Shown piece after piece: positions 28,461-37,648 of a DNA stretch of 64,000 nt (positions within the stretch are counted from its first letter, which is position 1; the number at the start of each line of letters is the position of its first letter). A model generated the notes under the pieces. That model was not told the origin of the DNA. It saw nothing but the letters and a program-made list of their open reading frames with translations, and searched no databases. Source of the stretch: Coleofasciculus chthonoplastes F2-STO-03 (GTDB lineage: Bacteria; Cyanobacteriota; Cyanobacteriia; Cyanobacteriales; Coleofasciculaceae); contig JAVJWO010000047.1 in assembly GCA_040222015.1 (NCBI GenBank), positions 64,001 through 128,000 of the forward strand. The letters are read 5' to 3'. Made by a program: the position numbers and the translations under genes.

Positions 28461-28869
28461 ATTGAAATCCAGACTGGCAAGTCCTTGCCATGCTGAAAAT
28501 CGCTTAATTCCTTTCAGGACGTGAAATTGAGACAAATTCAACGCCCAACCCCTGACAATCGCTCTTGCCTGTGGTTATGATATTAGTTGAACTTTCTTAA
28601 CACAACTAGATCTTAGGCAAACCAACGCGGTTTAGGGTGCAGGATTTGAGCGTTGACGTGCCATACCTCAAGAGTTTTACCTGATTCGCTAACAAAACTG
28701 CCAAATTTATTTTGGCTCAAAGGTTGTCGCTCGATCCTCACGGATCGAAGTGAGGCTGTAACCTGGCACAACGTTGCTGGGAGGTTTCTGAGGGGAATTT
28801 TATGGCAATTTTTCCGTCAGAGATATTAATTCGGTGCTTGATTTGTATCTACCTGCTTGAACTTAATTT

Positions 28870-31008
28870 ATGTTGCTAGAGACTTTAAACTCACCAGAGT
28901 CTGTCCTCGCTCAAATGGATACATTTAGTACCGGGAAGTTAGAACTGTGGTTTCAGCCCGTTTATCAAACAGCGACGGGTGCTGTATTACACAATGAAAT
29001 ACTTCTGCGTTGGCGAGACGAAGCCGGAAATCTGCACTTACCCCAGGAATTCTTACCCACGTTGTCGGATACCGGACAACTGCAAAAGACTGATCGCGCC
29101 GTTATCCGTAAGGCAATAGAACTCTTAGCGGAACAGCCGGATCGATGCCTGTCGATTAATCTTTCGGGAGAGGGATTAAATAACTTTGAACTGATCGAAT
29201 ATATTGAAACACTTCTGGATCAGTCAGGAGTTGACCCGAAGCAACTGAGTTTTGAGCTAACCGAATCAACCATCGCCAAAGATTTTCCCACAATTCGGGC
29301 ATTTGTCCGCGAACTCAAAAGTCTCGGTTGTGCGATCGTTCTGGATAACTTTGCCAGTCGCGAATTAACATTGTTTCAATGTCAACAACTGGCGGTTGAT
29401 CTGGTTAAAGTTGATGGTCAACTCATCCAACGCTTAAAAACAGAACCGAGTAGTCGTGTCTTAACCAAAGCCATTCTCGAAGGCATTCAGGCGCTGAGTC
29501 AGGTGGCGGCTAAATTTGTCAGCGATGCGGTTACCCTCTCACTGGTGGAAGAAGTCGGGATTGATTTAGTCCAAGGACACCATCTTAAAACCCCTAGTCC
29601 AGCACCCGATTGGACGGAACTGGTTCGCCCAGAGGAGGAACAGGATTCACCCACGGCTGAAGTCCAAAAATCTACTCAATCCTGGCGTTTCCTGGTGGGA
29701 ACTGGGTTTGTGGTGCTGGGATTAGGGGCAGTTGGTGTGGGGATTGCCTCCATTGGCTATCGCCTCAGTCACTTAGTTGTAGACGGTAGCACGATTAACG
29801 GGCGAATTGTGCGGCTACAAGCGCCAACCACTGGCAATATTCAAGCCTTTTACGCCCAGCCAGGGGTCGTTGTGAAATCAGGACAACTTCTCGCCCGGAT
29901 TAGCCAAGAACCCAGTCCCCAAGAACAAGAAGCCCTACTCCGCCTAGAACGCGCCCAAGACCAAGAACAAATCCGCAATCAGCTTGAAAGTCTCGAATTA
30001 CAAGGGCAGATTCAGGTGAATGCAACTCAGCTAGCATCGGCAAAACAGTCCCTAGCATTACTGAAAACTCAGTTACAGCAACTTGAACGTCGAGACCAAG
30101 CCGTGCGCCAAGTGGATGTAGAACTGGGCTTAGAGTCGATTAAGGAACAACAAGCCGTGGTTCAAGCAGCACAGGCAAAAGCTGAAGCCGCCCGGTTAGA
30201 TTATCAACGGTATCAAAAGTTATTAGAAGCCGGGGGTGTATCCGCACAGGAAACCGATCAATTGCGCTTACTCTGGCAATCCGCACAAGCCGAAGTTCAG
30301 CAAGCCAAATCTGTCCTAGATGGGACGCAAAAGGCGGTCAATGCTGCCCAAGCGGGTATTGCTCGCAGTAATCGCAATAATATTATGGGCGGGGTTCTGT
30401 CCGATCAACGGATTAGTTTGCAGCAGACGATTCAACAGCAATCGGTGGTGGTGAATACGATGGAAGCTCAATTGGCTAAACTCAAGCAGCAGCTAAATAA
30501 CAGCCAGTCTCTACAAAAAAATGCCCCTTCTCTGGTTAATGATCTCAAACAACTGCAAAGCGAACGGAAAGTGCAAAACGTGTCAGCGCCTTTTGCGGGT
30601 GTTGTCTACACAGCGGAACGAGAACAAGGTGAACAAGTTAATCAGTTAGAACCGATAGTGACGCTACTCGATTGCAATAACCTGTGGGTAGAAACCGTGG
30701 TTAGCGCTGAACAAGCCAGTTCAATTAATACCGATAAACCCGTGACTGTAGGACTAGCAGGTTATGCCCAAACAGTCAAGGGTGAAATTGACTTAATTCA
30801 GCCAATTAGTAATATGCAACAGCTTAATAAGTTGACCCAGGTTCAAGCCCTACAGCCTGCGATTCCGCCTAAATTGGTGGGACAACCGTTGACGCGGATT
30901 ACAGTACAAATTCCACCGCCGCCGCAACATGAGAATTCCCAACAGTTCTGTGGATTGGGACAAGCGGCGAGGCTAACGTTTCCGAAGAAACTTTTTGGTA
31001 ATCGTTGA
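28870..31008 (+). CDS. Degenerate EAL domain, TM helix and HlyD/Alg44-like membrane-fusion domain
   Basis: FQPV, EILLRW, SINLS, FELTE, LDNFAS, VKVDG and QGHH; TM FLVGTGFVVLGLGAVGVGI; APTTG...V.SGQLL, long coiled coil, APFAGVV...LLDC. Confidence 0.82.
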   Translation: MLLETLNSPESVLAQMDTFSTGKLELWFQPVYQTATGAVLHNEILLRWRDEAGNLHLPQEFLPTLSDTGQLQKTDRAVIRKAIELLAEQPDRCLSINLSGEGLNNFELIEYIETLLDQSGVDPKQLSFELTESTIAKDFPTIRAFVRELKSLGCAIVLDNFASRELTLFQCQQLAVDLVKVDGQLIQRLKTEPSSRVLTKAILEGIQALSQVAAKFVSDAVTLSLVEEVGIDLVQGHHLKTPSPAPDWTELVRPEEEQDSPTAEVQKSTQSWRFLVGTGFVVLGLGAVGVGIASIGYRLSHLVVDGSTINGRIVRLQAPTTGNIQAFYAQPGVVVKSGQLLARISQEPSPQEQEALLRLERAQDQEQIRNQLESLELQGQIQVNATQLASAKQSLALLKTQLQQLERRDQAVRQVDVELGLESIKEQQAVVQAAQAKAEAARLDYQRYQKLLEAGGVSAQETDQLRLLWQSAQAEVQQAKSVLDGTQKAVNAAQAGIARSNRNNIMGGVLSDQRISLQQTIQQQSVVVNTMEAQLAKLKQQLNNSQSLQKNAPSLVNDLKQLQSERKVQNVSAPFAGVVYTAEREQGEQVNQLEPIVTLLDCNNLWVETVVSAEQASSINTDKPVTVGLAGYAQTVKGEIDLIQPISNMQQLNKLTQVQALQPAIPPKLVGQPLTRITVQIPPPPQHENSQQFCGLGQAARLTFPKKLFGNR

Positions 31009-31062
31009 ATTGGGATTTATATCTCAATTTTTTTTATCTGTATTCCCTTGATTGCAAGTTTA

Positions 31063-31153
31063 TAGGACTTAGGCAAAGGATCTATAGGTAGGGTGTGTTA
31101 GCGTAGCGTAACGCACCTTAACCAATATATATGGTTTGGCTGCGTAAGTCCTG
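31063..31153. mobile_element. 91-bp MITE (AGGACTTA.GCA TIRs) carrying a REP hairpin, 5-bp TSD GTTTA
   Basis: GTTTA at 31058-62 and 31154-58; sibling of the element at 33507-33597. Confidence 0.82.
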
Positions 31154-31205
31154 GTTTAGTTACATCTTTTGTGAGGTAAAACATGATAACTGTAATCTCT
31201 CTTGG

Positions 31206-31302
31206 TCGGGGCGGGTTTAGTTACATCTGGGTGAGGTGACAAATGATAGTCGTAAAACCCGCCCCTACAAATAATTCAAGACGCGCCATGGCACGTCTCT
31301 AC
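31206..31302. repeat. REP-like inverted repeats (GGGGCGGGTTT...AAACCCGCCCCTAC) plus a GACGCGCCATGGCACGTCTCTAC palindrome
   Basis: Similar pairs at 2549-2628 and 57026-57092. Confidence 0.7.
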
Positions 31303-31315
31303 ATTCAAAAACTCT

Positions 31316-33409
31316 ATGACTCGACTATTTCGTTGGCAAAATATTTCGTCCTATCTCAATTGGTTCGCCCTGCTGAGTCTTTCCGCCTTCGGTTTTATTG
31401 GCTTTTACTTGCTGCGTAACCCAGAACAATTAGACCTATTAGGCATATCTGGTTTAATTAGTATGGGGCTGATCGGCATTTGGCGATGGTCATGGTGGGC
31501 GCTGCAAGTGATTCGTTCTCGGATTTACCTACACTGGGTTTTTCCCCGGTGGCGCAAACAAGCCGATCGCATCCCCCTTGACAAGTTACCGCCTGTTTGT
31601 TTATTAGTCCCTACCTATAAGGAAAAACCCTGGATCACGGAACGAGTCTTCCGAGTCATCGCCCAAGAAGCCCAAAGCCTCTCTCATCCCCTGACACTGC
31701 TAGTTACCAGTAGCAGTAATGCAGAAAATGCTGCCATTTTAAAGGTACTTAAATCCGTTGATCCGGAACTCAGTTGTATTCGCCTAATCCAAATGGTGCA
31801 GACGGGGGAAGGGAAGCGCAAAGCCATGGCGGATGGATTACGAGAATTAGCGCGTTTAAATCTACCCCAAAATGCCGTTGTTGGTTTAATGGATGGCGAT
31901 TCTGAACTGACGCCTGGAACCTTACGTCGCTGTTTGCCATTTTTTCGCCTATTTCCCAAAATGGGGGCGCTGACAACGGATGAGTTACCGATTGTTGAGG
32001 GATCGTATCTGTTTTCTGAGTGGTTCCATTTACGCCTATCCCAGCGTCATTATCAAATGTGTTCTGTGTCCCTGTCGCAAAAAGTCATGTGTTTGACAGG
32101 ACGCTTTTCCCTATTTCGGGCGGAGGCGGCGCTGCATCCTACATTTGCGGATCAGTTAGAACTGGATACGTTGGATGATTGGTTGTGGGGACAGTTTAAA
32201 TTCCTCTCTGGCGACGATAAAACGACGTGGTATTGGCTACTGCGCCGAGGTTACGATATGCTTTATATCCCCGATGTGATTGTCTATTCCATTGAGACGA
32301 TTTCTGGGTCATTAGTTGATCGCGCTTACCAGAATATGCGCCGTTGGTATGGGAATATGCTGCGGAACAGCGATCGCGCGATCGGCTTGGGTCCGGGTAA
32401 GGCGGGATGGTTTATGTGGTATTGTCTCCTGGATCAACGGATTAGTTACTGGACGACTCTAATCACTCCCGGTTCGTTATCAATTTGTTTAGTTCAAGGA
32501 TATTGGTTAGCCGCTGGACTCATTTTCTGTTGGATTCTTTGTACTCGACCGATCATTTTAACCATCATTTTCTGGGGGCGACAGTCTCGGCTTAAACCGA
32601 TTCATTTACCTGTCTTTTTAATCGCCCAGTGGAGTTCCTGCATTATCAAAATCTGGACTCAGATGAACCTTGCCCAACAAAAGTGGTCGAATCGAGGCAA
32701 TCAAAGTATATCAGCCGCCGGATCGGGGTTGGAACGGTTGGTTAAAGTGAGTGTGTCTCGTTTTCTTTATGTCTCCCAGTTATTTGGCTTTGTGATTATT
32801 TTATGTTGGTTTGCTAGCCTTCTCAGTCCCTTACAAGATGTGGTAGGTTTATGGTCAAACAGTAGCTGGGCGATGAGTCAATCGGTTCCCCCTCAAATTA
32901 TTGAAGCGATTGATCATGGAATTATTCCCAATGATGGTAAAGATGATGCCAAATCCCTCCAGGCGTTAATTAATCGTCTTTCGGGGGAAGACCCGGTTCA
33001 GATTAATTTACCCATTGGTGAAATTGATTTGTTTCATCCCATCGAAATTAATCGCAGTCACACGATTATTAAAGGGCAAGGGATGCGGCGAACGATTTTA
33101 CAAGCGCATATTAGTAAACCCGATACAGAAGCCGTTCTAGTCATGCGACCCCTAATCGAAAAACTGGATTCTCATCAGAATCGGATTCAGGATATACATT
33201 TAAGTGGATTTACACTCCGGAAAAAATCACCCAACTCAACTGAAAATATATCTGCTGTTAGCAGTATCATTTTGGAAAATGTAGTAGGGTCTTCGCTGAG
33301 AAACCTTGATTTAGCAAACAGTAGGAATCGGGCTTTAATCCTGCGTAATACGGAGGATGTAACTGTCGAGTATGTGTTGCCAGAGACAGCAATAAAGAAA
33401 AAGGAATAA
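31316..33409 (+). CDS. Alg8-like processive GT2 polysaccharide synthase with a short C-terminal pectate-lyase-like beta-helix start
   Basis: IGIWRWSW, GKRKAM, MDGDS, LTGRFSLFRA, FLSGDDKTTW and RRWYGNMLR match Alg8; C-terminal GIIPNDGKDDAKSLQALI...IKGQG. Confidence 0.82.
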   Translation: MTRLFRWQNISSYLNWFALLSLSAFGFIGFYLLRNPEQLDLLGISGLISMGLIGIWRWSWWALQVIRSRIYLHWVFPRWRKQADRIPLDKLPPVCLLVPTYKEKPWITERVFRVIAQEAQSLSHPLTLLVTSSSNAENAAILKVLKSVDPELSCIRLIQMVQTGEGKRKAMADGLRELARLNLPQNAVVGLMDGDSELTPGTLRRCLPFFRLFPKMGALTTDELPIVEGSYLFSEWFHLRLSQRHYQMCSVSLSQKVMCLTGRFSLFRAEAALHPTFADQLELDTLDDWLWGQFKFLSGDDKTTWYWLLRRGYDMLYIPDVIVYSIETISGSLVDRAYQNMRRWYGNMLRNSDRAIGLGPGKAGWFMWYCLLDQRISYWTTLITPGSLSICLVQGYWLAAGLIFCWILCTRPIILTIIFWGRQSRLKPIHLPVFLIAQWSSCIIKIWTQMNLAQQKWSNRGNQSISAAGSGLERLVKVSVSRFLYVSQLFGFVIILCWFASLLSPLQDVVGLWSNSSWAMSQSVPPQIIEAIDHGIIPNDGKDDAKSLQALINRLSGEDPVQINLPIGEIDLFHPIEINRSHTIIKGQGMRRTILQAHISKPDTEAVLVMRPLIEKLDSHQNRIQDIHLSGFTLRKKSPNSTENISAVSSIILENVVGSSLRNLDLANSRNRALILRNTEDVTVEYVLPETAIKKKE
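33332..33390 (+). repeat. 59-bp direct repeat A (3' end of the alg8-like gene); second copy at 35864-35922
   Basis: 57 of 59 identical by manual alignment. Confidence 0.92.
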
Positions 33410-33429
33410 AAAGAATCTGATTTTCATAT

Positions 33430-33616
33430 TCTTCAGGCTGACTACATCAAGTCCGGGCAATCGTCTGATCAGCCAACGCAATATGGCTCCGTTAAAGTTT
33501 TCGTCATTGGACTTACGCAAAACCTCTATGTGTAGGGTGTGTTAGCGTAGCGTAACGCACCTTTGCCACGATATGTGGTGTAGCTGCATAAGTCCTGCGT
33601 CAGTCAAAAGACGCAC
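33430..33616 (-). pseudogene. DUF5615 PIN-like toxin remnant, interrupted by a MITE and truncated
   Basis: Removing the MITE and one TSD restores GTG-RLLTDENFNGAILRWLIRRLPGLDVV. Confidence 0.7.
33507..33597. mobile_element. 91-bp MITE carrying a REP hairpin, 5-bp TSD CGTCA
   Basis: CGTCA at 33502-06 and 33598-602; GGACTTACGCA...TGCATAAGTCC ends. Confidence 0.85.
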
Positions 33617-33684
33617 TTGATATCAGCTCACTAGTGCAGCGGGCGTAGAAATAACTAACTAGTTAACAAGCTACCTAAAAGCAG

Positions 33685-33867
33685 CTACCATAAGCCTTCT
33701 AGCCTTCTGCCCTCTGCATTCGGACTTCTGCCTTCTTGTACTAGGTATTGATGGCGAGCAAGGAGACGTTGCCTGAGATTAACCAAGTTATAGTTTTGAG
33801 CCAGTTCCTGTCTGTGCTGTTGAGCTTTTTGGCGATTAACATGATTTTTTTTATTTTGACTTGACAA
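33685..33867 (-). pseudogene. Probable C-terminal remnant of a DUF433-type antitoxin
   Basis: QQHRQEL...NLRQRLLAR resembles the tails of DUF433 genes that precede DUF5615; located directly upstream of the toxin remnant. Confidence 0.4.
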
Positions 33868-33946
33868 AGTGGCTCAAAACGGTAAGCTAATTAGCAATTG
33901 TATATTTTGAATCCTTTCGGTCGTCGTTGCTTTTGATCGCATCCAT

Positions 33947-34462
33947 TTGATCGCATCCAATGGACTTCTATCCGATGACAACCTTGCCATGCCAAGTTTA
34001 ACCTTGGCGAGTCTGAATCAACCAAGTGAAGAGAACTCTGATTCACTTGAATTGGATTGCCTCAAGTGGGAGGCAGAATTCTCATTTATCAGTTATGGGG
34101 TGCGTATTGGCGTTCGCGTCAATGAAGCAAGGATGCTGGAATGTCTTCCTGATTATTTGCCCCCCGGTTGGGAGCCTTCTACCTCACCCGATGTAGATCA
34201 ACTGTACTCGCTGATTGGTGATGAATCGAATTATCAACTCTGGCGCGATCGCGAGATACTGGCTGAAGCGAGTTTACCGAGTGTTGTTTCTGGTACTTTC
34301 CGGATGGCAGGGAAGCGGGGGGAAGCCGCAGCAGTAGCGGTAGCGTTGTTGCACCAATTGGATGATTGGATTGAGGATTCCTCCGATATTGCACCTGTCG
34401 CTTTAACCATCAAACCCGCGAACCTCCCAGAAGAAAAAAGAAAAGAAATGCGATCGCGCTAA
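33947..34462 (+). pseudogene. Hypothetical protein, possibly an internally deleted HPr-kinase-related protein
   Basis: YGVRIGVRVN...LPPGW...DQLYSLI N-terminus joined to a RGEA-type C-terminus with no P-loop core between them. Confidence 0.4.
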
Positions 34463-34504
34463 TATTTAAGTTTTGAGATGGAAGCAAGCAACTGAGGAAA
34501 AATA

Positions 34505-35107
34505 ATGACGACGCTGCTAATTCAAACCCAAAGTGTCCCCCTGACGGTGAATTTTCCTGCTCTCAAATCGATTAGTGTTGAACAATTCTACGAATTCTGT
34601 CTAGCCAATCGCGATTTGAGAATCGAGCGTACTGCCAGTGGGGAAGTTATTATTATGCCACCAGCCTTTTCAGATACAGGGAATCGCAACATGAAAATTG
34701 CTCAACAAGTTGCGAACTGGGCAGAACAAGATGGTACGGGTGAAGTGTTTGACTCCAGCGCTGGCTTTACCTTACCCAATGGAGCAATCCGCTCCCCTGA
34801 TGGTTCATGGATTAAACTAGAGCGCTGGGATGCCTTAAGTGAGGAACAAAAAGCCTCTTTTGCACCGATTTGTCCAGATTTCGTAATTGAGTTACGTTCT
34901 CAGAGCGATACCCTTAGTGGATTGCGAAACAAAATGCAGGAATATATTGACAATGGTACATTACTCGGCTTGTTGATCGACCGCAAAAACAGAAACGTTT
35001 ATATCTACCGCCCCAATCAAGAACCGGAAATCTTGGAGAATCCTGAAACAGTCAGCGGTGAGCCAGTGCTACCAGGATTTGTCTTGCGGATGGCAAAAAT
35101 TTGGTGA
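34505..35107 (+). CDS. Uma2 family (DUF820) endonuclease-like protein
   Basis: IERTASGEVIIMPP, FDSSAGFTLPNGAIRSPD, CPDFVIELRS and KMQEYIDNG motifs. Confidence 0.93.
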   Translation: MTTLLIQTQSVPLTVNFPALKSISVEQFYEFCLANRDLRIERTASGEVIIMPPAFSDTGNRNMKIAQQVANWAEQDGTGEVFDSSAGFTLPNGAIRSPDGSWIKLERWDALSEEQKASFAPICPDFVIELRSQSDTLSGLRNKMQEYIDNGTLLGLLIDRKNRNVYIYRPNQEPEILENPETVSGEPVLPGFVLRMAKIW

Positions 35108-35157
35108 TTGACTGTCCTAACCGTTGTGGCGGTTGCAATACAATCCAACATCCTATC

Positions 35158-35772
35158 TTAATGCAAATTTTGTTCACATCGCTGAAAAATATAGCGCAGC
35201 AACCCTAAAATCTCGTCGAGATGAGCAATTCCATAGAGTAATGTTTCATACACCTCACCTTCAGTTGTTAATTTATAAAACCGCCAACCATCTCCATTGG
35301 TAACGATTCCAAACACATCAATCTCCTGCTCGCGTTGGCGATTTTGCCAGGAACACGCTTGCATTTCTACTAAACACTCAGCTAATCCTTGCTCAAAGTT
35401 ATCTTTTTTGGCTTCAACAATACAGAGATAAGGAGATTCAATATAAGCCTTACGTTCAGTAATCAAATAATCAACATTTCCTGTAGTGATATCAGAGTCT
35501 AGAGCCGCCCCTTTCCATATTTTTAGTTTTTTATAGGGTTGGATAGCTTCTTCGCAAATTGCGTCAATCACTATTTTTTTAGATTCTTCATACTTTTGTA
35601 AATCAAAACATTGTAATCTAGCCCAGCGTTCTTGGAAAAAGGGACTGGGTGTAACAGGTTTACTATCAATATTCCAGGGTAATAATTCACTGATGCTTAA
35701 TTGCTTGAAGGCTTCTGTGGTATTAAAGCTAGCAAAGTTTTTTTTCTTTCGCTTTTTGGCATTTGACGACAT
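35158..35772 (-). CDS. PD-(D/E)xK-like protein (HsdR N-terminal-like)
   Basis: VDYLI...IVEAKKD...GLAECLVEM...FGIVTNGDGWRF. Confidence 0.7.
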   Translation of the reverse strand: MSSNAKKRKKKNFASFNTTEAFKQLSISELLPWNIDSKPVTPSPFFQERWARLQCFDLQKYEESKKIVIDAICEEAIQPYKKLKIWKGAALDSDITTGNVDYLITERKAYIESPYLCIVEAKKDNFEQGLAECLVEMQACSWQNRQREQEIDVFGIVTNGDGWRFYKLTTEGEVYETLLYGIAHLDEILGLLRYIFQRCEQNLH

Positions 35773-35863
35773 TTTGCGCCTTCCTGGTTAAAAAATACGC
35801 CGAAGGGTGAGGGCTTTAGCTTAGAGTGAATGGCACACTCCTCGTATTCTGGTGGGCAATGCT

Positions 35864-35922
35864 GCTTTAATCATGCGTCATACGGAGGATGTAACTGTCG
35901 AGTATGTGTTGCCAGAGACAGC
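35864..35922 (+). repeat. Second copy of the alg8-like 3' end (repeat A')
   Basis: Matches 33332-33390. Confidence 0.92.
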
Positions 35923-36004
35923 GATTCGGGGAGAGTATAGCGGTTCTCAATTGCTAATACTATACCAAAAATCCGGTAAAATTATAAGTTAGTTTGATGA
36001 AGAG

Positions 36005-36289
36005 ATGAGCAACCTTAGTCCAAACACGATCCGGCGTCTCGCGACGCTCTTCGCTCCGGAAGATGCCGATGAAGCTACTCGGCTCCTCGAGCAAATAGAG
36101 GTCGGGAGTGGGTATGCCTATACCCGTCTTTGTGAGAGAATCTGTACTGCCGCGCTCAAAGTCAGCCAGGGCGACCTAGCGGAACTACGGAACGCGATAA
36201 AATTGGCTAAGATCGATTGGAGGGATCTGCTGGTCGAGGCTGGGTTCGCGGAAGACCCGCTGTTGCACGAGACCTGGTGGCCAGATTGA
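36005..36289 (+). CDS. Small hypothetical protein (DWRDLL-type), apparently foreign
   Basis: Clean 94-aa ORF, visibly more GC-rich than its neighbours; ERI..AALKVSQGDL..L..AI.LAKIDWRDLL. Confidence 0.7.
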   Translation: MSNLSPNTIRRLATLFAPEDADEATRLLEQIEVGSGYAYTRLCERICTAALKVSQGDLAELRNAIKLAKIDWRDLLVEAGFAEDPLLHETWWPD

Positions 36290-36291
36290 AG

Positions 36292-36404
36292 GCAAATGTT
36301 GTTCACATCGCTGAAAAATATAGCGCAGCAACCCTAAAATCTCGTCAAGATGAGCAATTCCATAGAGTAATATTTCGTACACCTCACCTTGAGTTGTTAA
36401 TTTA
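36292..36404 (-). pseudogene. 113-bp duplicate of the 3' end of the 35158-35772 gene (repeat B')
   Basis: Matches 35163-35275 with 5 mismatches by manual alignment. Confidence 0.9.
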
Positions 36405-36460
36405 GGGCTTGCTGCATGAGTGTGGAAGATAGACCAGATATAGTTTTGACCGCTACCTAA

Positions 36461-37636
36461 TTAACCCAAGATACTCGTGTATACCTCTTCCAGGCAAGCC
36501 GTGTTCCGCTGCAGACTAAATCGTTGCTCTACGCGCTGACGTGCCGCGATCGCAAACGCTCCCCTCATCTGTGTATCCTGCACCAGAATCAAGATACATT
36601 TTGCCAGATTTTGCCAATCCCTTTCTCGAACCAGAAACCCTGTTTCGCCATCCACCACAGCTTCAGGAATCCCCGCACTCCTAGAACTCACCACAGGTAA
36701 TCCCATCGCCATGGCTTCTAAAATAACTATCGGCAGCCCCTCTGTCTCTCCCCGATCAGTCGTGATACTTGGCGCACAGAGTACAGAAGCACAATTCATC
36801 CACATTTTAACCGTTTCTGGTGCTTGTACTCCCAGGAAACGGTAGCGACTTAATCCCTTTTTCGCTAACGTTTCTAAACTCTGACGCAGAGAACCATCGC
36901 CAATCATCACTAACTCGACATCGGGTCTAATTTTTTGCACCTCAGCCATTGCCCGAATTAAATAGTCGCACCCTTTTTTTTCAACCAAACGCCCCACAAA
37001 CAAAACCGTTGATTCTCGCTGAACCTGGGAATCCGGCATAAATTTATCGACATCAATGCCAATATAACCAACTTTCACCTTGTCCGCTGGACATCCTTTT
37101 TCTATCAGTTGAGAACGGATAAACTGGGAAACCGCAATTAAACAATCGGCTTCTCGAAAAAGTATCTCGCGCCTTCTCCCATAAAACTCCCGAAAAAACT
37201 GCCCCCGTCGCTGGAAAAAATCTTCCCCATATTCATACCACGTTTTTCCGCTTACCTCGATTTCCGCCGTGGCATAATAGCCATGGAATGTAACAACTAG
37301 CGGAATACCTAACTTCCGAGCTAAAGGTAATGCTAAAACGCCATCCAAGCCAAAATGAGCGTGAATCAAGCTAGGTGATAAATTTTTGATTCGCCTCAGC
37401 CAATTTGGATGAAGTACGCCAGCTAATTTATACGCTGTCTTCCACAAACCGGGCAAGGGTTTTTCATCATCCAAAACCAGGCAATTTTCCTTTAGTACCA
37501 TAGATTTAGCACTAGGCAGATAGGAAGAACCAACGTAGAACCCTTGATAAGACGTAAAACTTTCAACTTGAGCCGGAATAAACGTTTCTGAATAAGGTAA
37601 CAGTTGGTCGCGGTAAATAAGAACTATTTTTTTCAT
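36461..37636 (-). CDS. Glycosyltransferase family 4 (WcaL-like)
   Basis: HAHFG, FVGRLVEKKG and EGLPIVILEAMA motifs. Confidence 0.92.
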   Translation of the reverse strand: MKKIVLIYRDQLLPYSETFIPAQVESFTSYQGFYVGSSYLPSAKSMVLKENCLVLDDEKPLPGLWKTAYKLAGVLHPNWLRRIKNLSPSLIHAHFGLDGVLALPLARKLGIPLVVTFHGYYATAEIEVSGKTWYEYGEDFFQRRGQFFREFYGRRREILFREADCLIAVSQFIRSQLIEKGCPADKVKVGYIGIDVDKFMPDSQVQRESTVLFVGRLVEKKGCDYLIRAMAEVQKIRPDVELVMIGDGSLRQSLETLAKKGLSRYRFLGVQAPETVKMWMNCASVLCAPSITTDRGETEGLPIVILEAMAMGLPVVSSRSAGIPEAVVDGETGFLVRERDWQNLAKCILILVQDTQMRGAFAIAARQRVEQRFSLQRNTACLEEVYTSILG

Positions 37637-37648
37637 TAATGATTTAGC

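Noticed and set aside
28600..28660. c-di-GMP-I riboswitch upstream of the EAL gene (GGCAAACC)
   Set aside because: The GNRA-capped stem and GACGCAAAG element are missing; I also saw no match in the bcs spacers
36005..36300. Integron gene cassette
   Set aside because: No attC-like RYYYAAC...GTTRRRY structure after the stop and no integrase
35163..36404. Repeats B/B' (and A/A') as DGR template and variable repeats
   Set aside because: Mismatches are not confined to adenines of one copy, and there is no reverse transcriptase
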